A stretch of DNA of 64,000 bases from Eledone cirrhosa (taxonomy: Eukaryota): NCBI GenBank assembly GCA_964016885.1, contig OZ024743.1, forward strand, positions 17,794,001 through 17,858,000. The letters are read 5' to 3'. The notes below the pieces were generated by a model, which was not told the origin of the DNA, searched no databases, and saw only the letters and a list, made by a program, of their open reading frames with translations. Every line of letters starts with the position of its first letter. Position 1 is the stretch's first letter. Shown here piece by piece: positions 1-13,687 of this stretch. The translations under genes were made by a program, and so were the position numbers.

Positions 1-655
<655 letters not shown>

Positions 656-1391
656 ATGCACCTGCGCCTGTTTTTGTGCGCGCGTGCTTGCAACGATGTG
701 CTTTGACGTACACGCATATGTACTTCATGCGGAAATAGGAACTGTAGTCCTTTGCATTTCCTGGATTTTGACACTCAGATTTATAGTGTTTTACAATCCA
801 CTTTCATCTCATTTGCTGTTAAAACGCACCACTCGATGATAAATTAAGAATTGCAATTTTTACACGTCTCGATTCTGACACACACGTTTTCTACTTCAGC
901 TAATATGTTTCAAATCTTTCAAATTTTGATATTGGTTGTAACACAAGCACTCTTTATTTTTTTTATTTGTTTGCCCCAACCACCAGCACCACGTGAAATG
1001 GTGGCAGGGTAGATACCAACCTACACGCACAAATTCTTCAGAACATGTCTTGCTTCAGAAAAAATTTCTATACACCTTTGACTGAGGAATGTTCTCACAA
1101 CTGACCAATGGGATGCGAGCGTGACCTATGACGTCGAAATTCGTTTGTTCTAACACATTGATTCCAGTTCCTCAGAAGGATAACAACACAACCAGGAGCT
1201 GGATATATCGATGTATTGACGGAGTGAAACACACTTCAACAACATGTGTACCTGTCAATCCCACACCAATTCGGATGCCTGAAGAGGTCACAGCCTACGA
1301 TGGATGTCACCGAAATATATATAATAGTATATCTATAATTTATAATAAACGAAGCCTAATTTTACATATCTGACTTAATTAATTTATTGAT

Positions 1392-1760
1392 ATCATCATC
1401 ATCATCATCATCATCACCGTTTTACGTCTGCTCGTCCAGGCTAGCATAGGTTAGACGTCTTGTACTGTTGTGGGCAGTGCCCGGTATGCTGACCTTGTCT
1501 TGCGCATACGGGAACTGATTCTGGCTTGATTTCTACAGTTGGATGCTCTTCCTAACACCAAGCTCGTATACAGTGAGTGGTGGGTGTTTTTTTTTCCGTG
1601 GCACCTACCCGTCCACTTTACAGTGTGGGCTGGGTGCTTTTTTTCCGTGGCACCTCTACAACCACTTTGCAGTGGGAGGGTGTGGGAGCATAGTGTCTAT
1701 AAGCTTCAGCTTCGGCATGTACCCGTGGGTGTCGGATCTTCTGTAATACTGCGTGACTCC
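1392..1760 (-). mobile_element. Non-autonomous retro-repeat with RTE-like 3' end and (ATG)n tail
   Basis: (CAT)n followed by cgttttacgtctgctcgtccaggctagcataggttagacg; this resembles the reverse complement of RTE 3' ends with a (GAT)n tail; recognised by resemblance only. Confidence 0.45.
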
Positions 1761-2426
1761 AGAGGTCACTGTCGTGTGTCATCGCCTAGAGAGAGAGGGT
1801 TGCCATCATGGCTTATAGCATGTCAGGGCAAAATAAACCGATACGAGTACCCATATTAGACAAGTCGAAATGTTATGATTTCGAAGGGAGTAGATGACTT
1901 CGTAGAGACAGCGAAATGGTAAATAAAACAATAATAATAATAATGTAAGAGAGAAGGAAGGGAATAGATGACTTCGTAGAGAGACAGCCATAGTGGCCAG
2001 CATGGGAAACGAAATCGAGTCATTCACAGATTTGCATTTGCTTTGTAAACGCAGATAGTTATTTCTACTCCTTTGGTGACCATCCTGGATTTGACTACTG
2101 TGATTTACTGATTAATTGGTGAAATATATTTTTTATTTAAAGAAATATATACAAAGGAGATTAATCATTTTAAAGGTATCTATATTTGAAGTTCTAGTTA
2201 AAATTTAATTGGTTACCTACCTTCCTAAGTGTGTTTACACATTTTACACATTATCCCCTGTGATAGTTCCATATGTTTATCTTATATATATATATATATA
2301 TATATATGTCAATCTATTTCTAGTTGATAGGAAATGGTCGGATCTATTCATTGGAATCTTTGAGCTTATTCTGCAGTGGGTATGGCACATGTCTCTCAGA
2401 CATGACAACCCTTAATTTAATTTTGG

Positions 2427-2463
<37 letters not shown>

Positions 2464-2507
2464 TGAAAAAGAACAAAGGAACTATTATGACATTATAACA
2501 AGTTTAT

Positions 2508-2554
2508 TGCCGACAGCCGTTTCGTCCGACCCCATGGTGGGACTTATCAAGGCA
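2508..2554 (-). ncRNA. Type I hammerhead ribozyme (U3-A8 core variant)
   Basis: Exact reverse complement of 4320-4366. Confidence 0.75.
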
Positions 2555-4319
2555 TATAACATGTGATTGCAAGATCATTGTTTACATCAACGTATCACTC
2601 AAGGCTAGCAGTTTGAAATTGTTGTATACATCAGCAACTCCGCTTGTATAGTTGTGGTCAATATTCTAAGGGGGGCTCTTTTTATATTAGTTGTCGGGGT
2701 CAGGGATTGAAAAAGATCGAACGGACCACATCCGGCAACCACTGGCTATTAGATCCACAGGTACATCTCCCAGAGAGTCCACGCAGATAATAGTGAACCC
2801 CAGGTGATCTATGAACGTTTAAACAAGACCAGCTGCGCCTGGAGCTATGCAGATGACTGCATACGCATAATGGATATCGTGCCTGGAGCTATGCAGGGGA
2901 CTCCATAGGCAGAATGGATATCGCGCCCACACGGTCACCAGTACTGTTCATCCTGTTATATGTATGTAAATATCAGTGCGCGGGATATCCCTGAGTACAT
3001 TTTCTTGACCATCAATTGTTAATCAATTGTTTGTTATTTAGGCAAGAATGTACCATTGTGTCTGTGCTAGTCCTATGTGTTGCTGTGTGTGTGTAAAGTA
3101 TCCGAGCGCGGGATATCCCTGAGCTAATTTTGCCTGACCGTTAATAGTGTTCTGATTACTTGTTGATTGGGCAGGAATATATATTGTTGTCTTTGTTGAT
3201 CCTGTATCAATAACTTTGTGATAATTTTGTAATAATTTTATGATAATTTTGTAATAATTTTGCGATAATTTTATGATAATTTGATAATTTTGTAATGATT
3301 TTGTGGTAATTTTGTGATGATTTGATAATTTTGTAATGATTTTGTGGTAATTTTGTAATAATTTTGTAATAATTTTTAATCCTGTATCAATAATTTTAGA
3401 ATGTTTTTTTTGTGATAATACATGGTTAGATCACTGAAGCTACCTTATACCTTCTTAAAGATACATTTTATAATTATTGTCTTTTTGCTTATGTATTTTC
3501 TTAGTTACCACTTTCTTTAATCTTGCCCAACTTGATAAACTCCTTGAATTGCTCCCTAATTAAATTACTTAAATTGCTTAGATTATTGTATCTATTATGC
3601 CTAAGTTGTATCTGTTGAAGCAGCCCTTTGAAAATTCCTCGGATATCCCAAATACCGTAATTTTTAATTTTTAACTTTTAATGTATAATTTTCCTCAATT
3701 AGTTTTTATATTTATCCTTAAAGGCTCCCTAAAATTTTAATTCTTCGAAGGGTCTCTCGGAAGAGGTTCCTATTGAAAATATTAAAGGCGCCTTTTCTGA
3801 GAGATTTATGGAAGGCTCTCTGAATTAACCTCTAATTGATTAGTTTCTTTCAACCTAGTTTTCAATTCAGTTTTCTGAATTTTGTAAACGTGATCTCGGG
3901 GGAAGAAGGTTTTTTTCTTTCGGAAAAATTTTTTTTTCTCTAGAAGAAATTTCATAGGAAATTTATATATTTTTTAGGGAAACTTTATATTTTTATTTTC
4001 TTATTTTATTAGCCTCTTAATTTTCTTCTAGTCTAATAGGTTTATTGGAGCCTGTAAGCTTTATGCACTCATTGAGGGATTTTCTAAGGTGCTTCTACGG
4101 GACCCCAAGTCTTTTAGTTTAATGTTGATGCGTAAATTATATTTTTTTGTCTAATTTTTAAACTTCAATCCCTGACCCCGACACCTAATATAAAAGAGCC
4201 CCCCTTAGAATATTGACCACAACTATACAAGCGGAGTTGCTGATGTATACAACAATTTCAAACTGCTAGCCTTGAGTGATACGTTGATGTAAACAATGAT
4301 CTTGCAATCACATGTTATA

Positions 4320-4366
4320 TGCCTTGATAAGTCCCACCATGGGGTCGGACGAAACGGCTGTCGGCA
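4320..4366 (+). ncRNA. Type I hammerhead ribozyme (U3-A8 core variant)
   Basis: tgcc TTGATAA gtcc(caccatggggtc)ggac GAA ac(ggct)gt C ggca: helix I tgcc/ggca, helix II gtcc/ggac, GUC cleavage triplet, AATAAA immediately downstream. Confidence 0.75.
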
Positions 4367-4519
4367 ATAAACTTGTTATAATGTCATAATAGTTCCTTTG
4401 TTCTTTTTCACTAATATTTCTGCTCTGCGTATACGCATAGAGCTTAACTAGCTACCGTCACATATTTGGTAATTCAGACGTGATCATCGCGATTCACATA
4501 CGACCTACCATACATCTTA

Positions 4520-4625
<106 letters not shown>

Positions 4626-4651
4626 CTAATATATATATATATATATATATA

Positions 4652-4790
4652 TAACGAAGGAAATGTGGTAAGGAACCAGATGGACCATAACGCGCCAAAG
4701 TACTCAATACTTAGTGTAATAGAGTTGGTAATAGGAACGTGTAGGACGCCGACGGATGAGCTCAGCCGTTGGGTTCCAACTTGTTCCTAT
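4652..4790. mobile_element. Fold-back pLTR-like repeat, family B (carries the 3' half of an HHR)
   Basis: aacgaaggaaatgtggtaaggaaccagatggaccataac... is shared with 7719, 11105-11245, 49252 and 49750; internal inversion centred on gagctc; flanked by (TA)n. Confidence 0.65.
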
Positions 4791-5411
4791 ATTTATATAT
4801 ATATATCAATGTAAAAATCTAACAAAAGAAACATAATTCTGCTTTTCAGCCAACCATCCTGGGTTATGTTTCAGTAGTAACGTTGGTATTTAATGTAAAA
4901 AAACAGTATTTTAAGTAGAAACTAAGAGCAATGAGATTACAAAAACAACGAAATATAAAAATAAATATAGAAACCTTGGCATATAAACACGAACAATTAA
5001 ATATAATACAGGCTGCCTGATATAAATCGAAGCAGACATAGCCGTTAAACTAGATAACACAAAAGCATAACATAGAGAGAAAGGTGCTCGAGGCTATTAA
5101 GCTGGATTCTATTAGCAACAGGGAGTACCAGTTATCTCTAGAACAGTGTGAAATAGACGAGTTGGAAAGAAAGGAAGAGAATAGTCTTGGGTCAAAGTGT
5201 AGATGTAAATATCTCGGAGTGGGAAAAAGCAAAACAAGGCTTAGAAGTAATATTGCAGTATTAAATATTACAATAAATCAAATGAAGAAGCCAGGAGGTA
5301 TCCAACAAAACAAATGCAAAATTCCCCTTTTAAGCAAGTCCTTTTGGATTAAGTTTCGGCAGTAAATACTCAACATAGACTCAAGAATTCTGTCATAGTG
5401 CCCAGTAAAAG

Positions 5412-5474
<63 letters not shown>

Positions 5475-7135
5475 ATGTGTTTCAGAAAATTACCTTTTTA
5501 GTTCAGCCCCGTAAAATCGGAGAGTACTAGAGAAATTTGATTATTTAATCCCTGAGGGGTATATAATATCGCTACGTGTTATTTTCATATAAAGTCGACA
5601 ATCTTCTCATAAGGCAATTAAAAGTTATCTGCTTTATACATGATATATAATTCCCGTATTAAATATGTATGATATATATTTATTTAACGATTATTAAGTA
5701 ACCATAAGTCGAACATTTTGAAGCAGTTTCTGCTTAACTATAATTAGCGTATATATCGTAGACTTACATCAGGAAATATAGGGTACTCATCACTAGGATA
5801 ATTAACAAAATAATCTAAAATGTAATGTAGCTCGTGTTATTCAATCTACCACAAAAATAGCTGGTTTAAAGTATAATCCATACATATTTAGGCAATTATA
5901 AATTGTCTGTCTCAACATTTTCTGACGAATTATCTAATGCACTCAGCATTCTCATGTTGAAGTTAAATACACAACAACGTGTATCACTTTCTTTTATATA
6001 TGAGCTGGGAACAAAACGGATATTCTTTCTTATGATATGATTCTATTTACGCGAATATGTCCGAAAGAAAATAAAAAAAAAGATATGCGCTCATTTATTT
6101 AATAGTTATTATTACTCTCGTTCAGGTGGAACATCCGATGAAATTTCAAAACGTCCTTATCAAACACACTAATGCTTCTTTCAGAATCTTTGCGAAATAG
6201 CAAATATTTTATATATGTTTTTTTATCATATATCTTCCGAAATTGCTCTCTTACACACCATTAATATCCAATTTACTCGTTAGTCGATGACATTATCTGA
6301 ACGATCCTTCTACTATCTTAGCAATAATCCTTTTCGGTTCTTTTCCGGAGAATTGTTATTTTGAAATGATAGAAAACGACTTTGAACTAAACGTTAAAAT
6401 CGTCTTCAGAAGTAAATATCCTAAAAGCCTTGTCATATTAAATCACTTCTAGAGAAACAATCAATTGTAATCTTTAGTAACGAAAATATCGAATAAGATA
6501 AAATAAATATAAGAAGAAAGCACATTGTAAGTCACACAATAAAAGGCAGGAAGTAATTCACCTTGCACTGTCAAATCGACTTTGTACACTATTGATATGT
6601 TATTATTATTTTAAATGTTTTACTATTATTCTTCTGTATTTGTTTAGGTGAAGGATTACGGTTTCATTGTCAGCTTACCAGCTTCTGATAAGATTGTTTC
6701 TAACAGACCAGCTTATAAAAGTTTTATCTCGAAAGAATCTAGTTCTTTCTTATTTTCGTCTAAATATGAGTCACGTATACAATATATGCAAACGTAGAAA
6801 ATGTTAAACATTTTGGAGTAAAATACATTTGAGACAATAATGAATGCAATATACACACGGCTGAATAGGATGAAATACTACATGGGATGATTCTCGACCC
6901 TTAGTAGACAATAGACTTTAGGCAACATTATATATCAAATTCGAAATTACAAACAGAGCAGTATTTCCTACTTTATATATCACGTACGAGTAACTGTTGA
7001 TGCCAGCTTGTAAATTCAAACACACATACACAAACGCAAACATGTACACAGACATAGACACACACATACATAATCACACACATACACACACACACGCCCC
7101 CCCCCCCCCCCCACACACACGTATATATACATACG

Positions 7136-7164
<29 letters not shown>

Positions 7165-7166
<2 letters not shown>

Positions 7167-7511
7167 TTCGTTTCTGAATTTGTTTAGCAAGATTCTTTAT
7201 CTGAAATCGGATGTGGCGCATGTGAAGACTGAGCACACAACACACACATAGAATCAAAATGGCGTAGGACAGAACAAAGGAGAGGCACAACAACAAAGAA
7301 AATAATCCCCAGTCACTGATGAAGTCACAGAATGTGTGACGAAAAACTTTGACAATATATAAACAACTATCTGTTTGTGGAACCAACCAACCAACCAACC
7401 AGAAATTTATGAACTTATAGATTCCTAAATTTACAAATGTATTATAATAAATTAAAGTGAAAGCGACTGGTGCGTGTGTTTCTTATTGGCAACATGACCC
7501 TCCCAGAGTAT

Positions 7512-7519
<8 letters not shown>
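7165..7519 (+). mobile_element. pLTR family A fold-back copy with HHR at 7311-7353
   Basis: Inverted tail (atttcgtttctgaatttg...), then a forward body with gtca CTGATGA a gtcaca..tgtgac GAAA ..tgac ending at gtataacaatat into (TA)n; homologous to 11297, 28637 and 50249. Confidence 0.75.
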
Positions 7520-7604
<85 letters not shown>

Positions 7605-7672
7605 TAAACGTTAAGTTTCGCTATTTTCTACCCACCGAAATGCGATTCTCACAGAATTTATATTTATGTATG

Positions 7673-7718
<46 letters not shown>

Positions 7719-7910
7719 TAACGAAGGGAATGTGGTAAGGAACCAGATGGACCATAACGCACCAGAGTACTCAATACTTAGGGTAGTAGAGTGGGTAATA
7801 GGAAAACGTATAACCCCGACAGCAGAGCTCAAGCCGTTTCGACGGACGGTGTCCAGAAATAGCCGTCAAAACAGCTTGAGCACTGCCGTCGGGGTCATAC
7901 TTTTTCCTAT
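7719..7910. mobile_element. Fold-back pLTR-like repeat, family B
   Basis: Inverted arms aggaaaacgtataaccccgacagcagagctcaagccgtttcgacgg / ccgtcaaaacagcttgagcactgccgtcggggtcatactttttcct. Confidence 0.7.
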
Positions 7911-7989
7911 ATATATACACATATATATATATATTTACGAAAAAGTATGACCCCATCTGGTTTCCCCTTGCTCACTCAGGCAAGTCATA

Positions 7990-8020
<31 letters not shown>

Positions 8021-8038
8021 TATATATATATATATATA

Positions 8039-8128
<90 letters not shown>

Positions 8129-8559
8129 ATATATTAAGCACACCTGGTATATATATACAAAATATCTTTATAACTTGTACATTGATGTTTCACAAAGATA
8201 GCTTTCTCCATATTGGATTATCAAAATAGTTGTTATCAGTTTGAATTATTTTTTCTCGTTAAACATCCACCATGCTGATTTTCATGCAGATTGGTTCGGG
8301 TTACTTCTGCCTTTGCTAAATTAACACTGATTTTTTTATGCTTGTGTGTATAAATATCTACTAATATAATAGTCTTGTGTATTTACCCTTAACGCACAGA
8401 GATGATTGAGGAAGGATGAAGTTATGACTGAGGAAAGATGAATGGTGAGAAACTCTACAACTCCAGCGTAATAAAATTCGCCACAGTGTATGTATGATTG
8501 TATCACTTGCCTGAGTGAGCAAGGGGAAACCAATCAACCAACCAACCAAGAATCATAAT

Positions 8560-9310
8560 TTTGTTTATATTATGTATAGATATTACAATTAGCCCTCATT
8601 TTAGACGGCAGCGTCCAGCTATTTATAAGATAAGTATTCTTTTATGTTTGCTTAGGGGGATCATTTTAGTATACACGATTCTGATTTGCTGCCTATGGAC
8701 TGTCACACGTTGTCGGATTGTTACACCCGACCGATCTACACATATTGGGGGTAACGTCGGCAGGTTATGACATAAAGTAAGTTTTCGGAGGCGCACAAGA
8801 AGTTATTTTTAATTTTCAAGATGTTTCCCTCTGTGAAATCAAATTCATGTCCCGTCATAGGTAGTTGCACATACTGCAATGTGGTCGGTTACATCCTTTC
8901 ACATAAAGTTCAGTATTTGTGGTTTGCAGCTCTGGCCTTGACAGTATATTTATAAACGGTTTCGTTTACTTTTAATAATAGAATATATTTGTCAGAGATC
9001 ATTCATTGTGTATCTTGTTATAGTATAGTTTGGTTTAGATCTATGTGTTTATACATTTCTGTGTATTATGGGTTGATGTTTGAAGTATGACATGTTTTCT
9101 TTTTTTTTTTTTGTTTCTCGGTTGATTTCAATATAATAAAATTTTGTTTGGCATTTTTAATGCTATCGTTATTATATTTAGGGGTTATTTTATCTTGATG
9201 AGTATATCTTTCATCTCCTTTAGTTTATGGTCCATGATTGTCTTGTTTGAAACTATAGAGCATATTCGCTTACTTAGGTTAAGTGGAATATCGGTGTGTC
9301 AATGAGCTGC
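8560..9310 (-). pseudogene. Decayed Penelope-like (Neptune-type) GIY-YIG endonuclease region
   Basis: Manual minus-strand translation gives KGCNRPHCSMCNYL (Cys knuckle), CASENLLYVITC and TIRQRVTVHRQQIR, interrupted by stops and frameshifts. Confidence 0.65.
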
Positions 9311-9466
9311 ATATACTATTGAGAAGATTTGCTACATACAACCATAAATCACCTCGTTTCCCACTTGAGTTTACACATCTCATTAAACATATTTAGCTGC
9401 TCACGATGCATGGAGTACTGCCCTGAATTATGGTATACGCGGTCACGGCATGTCAGTCCTCATGTA

Positions 9467-10435
9467 CAGTGGAACCTTATTTTATGAATTGAAGTTTTTC
9501 CTGAAGGTTGTTCGTCGCCTGAAATATTCGTAATTGCAAACAATTGTTCCGATACGAATCAATGTAAAATAGATCAATCCACCCTTTGACCCCAGATGGA
9601 TGCTTATTTAAACTGTCACTACATTTGTTTGTGGACAAGTTCATACACAAAACCAATGAAAATATTTAAATCTAACACTGAAACATAAACGCAATACTGA
9701 ACATAACGTATGGCCAAAAACTTTATTCAATTTTTACTTACGTAAGTGATGTCGTTAGTGTACTGTGGTGACAAGGTGAGGGTACGGCATGTTATTGTTT
9801 ATCTACGTCCATAAAAAGAATCTAGGTAGATAGATTTCTATTTATTTTTTTATTTTTCTCCTTTCTAGGAAATTCTACATCTCACCCCATTTTGCACAAA
9901 TGTTGCGTATTAAAAAAAAATGGGAATATATTATATTCCTTCCACTTTGTCTGAAGACATTTCATCCACATTTGTATTTTGCTATTGCTCCTGAAGTTGT
10001 GTCAAATATACCATGCTGAGCTTAATTTCGTTGTCCCCTAGTAACGCATCTACGTCTTCATTGCTAACTTCGAGGCCAATGATTTGGCTAAAGACATAAT
10101 GCCATAGACAAAAATATGACCAGTGTCAAATCCCTCAATCTCTTTGTCTACGATGCCTTTTCTACGAGGCTGAATTCATGGTCATGTAAATCGATGTGAG
10201 ATAAGGAATAGAAGATATCAAAAGGATTTTTCAATAGGTTTATGAGTCTTAATTCAGTGTCAGATATCACCGCAAAACACTTTTGAAAAGCTATTTCGGT
10301 GTAGAGCTTATAAATCATTTGTTGATCCGTGGTTTGGATTATAGGTGTTGTGTAAAGAGAAAGAAAAACAAGCTCCTCCAGAAACTCGATTGGAGCAGGA
10401 GAATTATCAATCTGAAGGACCCATTTCAATGGCAA
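9467..10435 (-). mobile_element. Tigger/pogo DNA transposon relic
   Basis: TA|CAGTGGAACC Tigger-type TIR at 9467; ORF 10148-10435 has IDNSPAP...FLSLYTTPIIQTTDQQMI, matching pogo/Tigger DDE motifs DNAPAHP and FLPPNTTxxIQPMDQ. Confidence 0.75.
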
Positions 10436-10580
10436 AATGGCAAAATGGCAAAATTGTAATTCACTTCTGTTCTAAAATTTCTCAAACCACTCACTGGAAG
10501 CGTGGAAGACATCAGTATTATCAATCGTACCGGGGTATATTTCTACCAGATAATCATACAAAAGTCTTGGTTTTCATATA

Positions 10581-10674
10581 TAATTGTTTCTACTTTAGGC
10601 ACAAGGCCAACAATTATACCAGTTTATTACTGGTACTTTATTTTATCGACCCCGTAAGGATGAAAGGCAAAGTT
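10581..10674 (-). mobile_element. tRNA-derived SINE, 3' fragment
   Basis: Matches the 3' half of the SINE at 20943 (ggtactttattttatcgaccccgtaaggatgaaaggcaaagt). Confidence 0.8.
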
Positions 10675-11296
10675 GTTCATATATAATAACATCAGAAACA
10701 CAGGCACCATCTAGCACTCTCTTGTTTACGCATATCAGCAGAAAATTATCTAATTCTTAAATTGACTTTGATTGAGAATAGTACACATCATTGATGTTAC
10801 TATGCCGAACTGAATAGCAAGTATAGAAACATGATAAACATTTTGGTCTTTGGATTTATATTATTCTTTCCCCTCTATCGTAATTCTAGTTATTTTCCAT
10901 GCATTTTGGTCATTTTTACTTTAAATCCGCCTCTATGAAATAATTTAAAATTGTACATGTCAGCTCAGATCGCTGACTGCTCCCCGAGAAAGACAAAAAA
11001 AATAACAATTTTTTAAAGATTATTTGTTTGATATTTATGCTTTCTCTGTTTTGACTGCATGCCCATATATGGACTGTACCCTTTAATAAGTTCAGCTAGA
11101 TTTCGCTGATGGCTTAGTTCGTAATTAGCTGCCAAAACGGCCGAAGCTCAGCCGTCGTGATCCAGACTATTTTCCACTCTACTAGCCTAACGATCGAGAA
11201 CACTGTTGAGTTATGGTCCATCTGGTATCTTACAAAATCTTCTTTGTAATATATATATATATAGGCGTATATATAGTATATATATATATATATATA

Positions 11297-11465
11297 TATT
11301 GTTATACTTTGGGAGGGTCATGTTGCCAATAAGAAACACACGCACCAATAGCTTCACGTCAATTTCTTATTGGCAACATGACCGTCCCATAGTATAACAA
11401 TATCGGTTTCAACAGACGTTTTCAGATAAAGAATCTTGCTAAATAAATTCAGAAACGAAATATAT
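11297..11465. mobile_element. pLTR family A mini fold-back
   Basis: atattgttatactttgggagggtcatgttgccaataagaaa inverted against tttcttattggcaacatgaccgtcccatagtataacaatat, plus tail ...cagaaacgaaatat; sits in (TA)n. Confidence 0.75.
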
Positions 11466-11474
11466 ATATTTAGG

Positions 11475-11533
<59 letters not shown>

Positions 11534-11625
11534 TGTATGTAAAAGGTAAACAGAAATAACAACACAATCGGTACAGTATATGGAAAGGATATATTAGGTT
11601 AACGCTTGATATAGTAGGAAGAGGG

Positions 11626-11660
11626 TCTTAACGTTTCGGACGCTAGTCCTTCACCAGAAG
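11626..11660 (-). ncRNA. Minimal hammerhead ribozyme (one core substitution) in a PLE 3' repeat
   Basis: Minus strand: ctt CTGGTGA a ggac(tagc)gtcc GAAA cg tt aag; palindromic helix III AACGTT typical of minimal PLE HHRs. Confidence 0.6.
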
Positions 11661-12195
11661 AAAAAATGAGAAATAAGATAGATTGAGTGGACGGGCTGTT
11701 TGAAATTGGAATAACTGGTCCAACTCTTGCAAAATTCTTGGTGCTGGCGTTTTGTGTATGATTTATTTTTTAGAAAAGTGGATGATGGAGCGCATCTACA
11801 TGAAATGGAAAACAAACCGTATTATAAAAAGAGATATACTTGTGCACATGCATAAGCATGAATGTGTGTGTATCTGTGTCTGAGTGTGATATTATACGTC
11901 AGAAAAGTATGTTAATATAAGTGTGTGTATGTGTAAACAGAGCAGAGAAGGGAAAAGTGACGTGAGCATATATAGTCGGCCTGTATTAGTTGTAGGTGAA
12001 GATGTTAATGATTAAGAGAAAGCGATAGGAATCTAGGGGTGACATAATGGATGGGGTATTAGAGAAATTGGGAGGGTGAGTTGAGTCCAAGAGGAGATAC
12101 GACCCTAGGCAGTGAATCAGACTTTATTCAGTCCTGGTGCGCGAGGCCTCTGATCCATGATGTAAAACGACACCCCGGAATGAATGTATCTATAG

Positions 12196-13270
<1,075 letters not shown>

Positions 13271-13687
13271 TTTATATATATATATATATATATGTGCGTG
13301 TGTATCTATATATATCGTAACAGTAAATATAGAGTTTGAGAGTGAGAATTTTAATTGGAAAAACTGAAAAGATTCATTTAGTAACTATTAAATGCTGGAA
13401 TATTTACATTATATTACTATAATTACAAAACTATTGTGCAGATCAATGCATCTGCAGAAAATGTTACAACTGTGACAGCTATAGTATTATCCAATATGCG
13501 TTAGTACATGTGTACCTGTATGTATATATACATACATATATAGAAATATGTATATACATGACATGCACACACACACACATACATATATGTATGTATATAT
13601 ATGTATGCATATATATATGTATGCATATATATATGTATGTAAATATATTTATATATACACACACATACATATAAATATATGTATTTA

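Noticed and set aside
2457-4417. DNA transposon/MITE interpretation of the long inverted repeats
   Set aside because: The arms are asymmetric (one-sided tail), carry HHRs plus AATAAA, and equivalent family A repeats connect to a PLE ORF; no transposase-type terminal motif is present.
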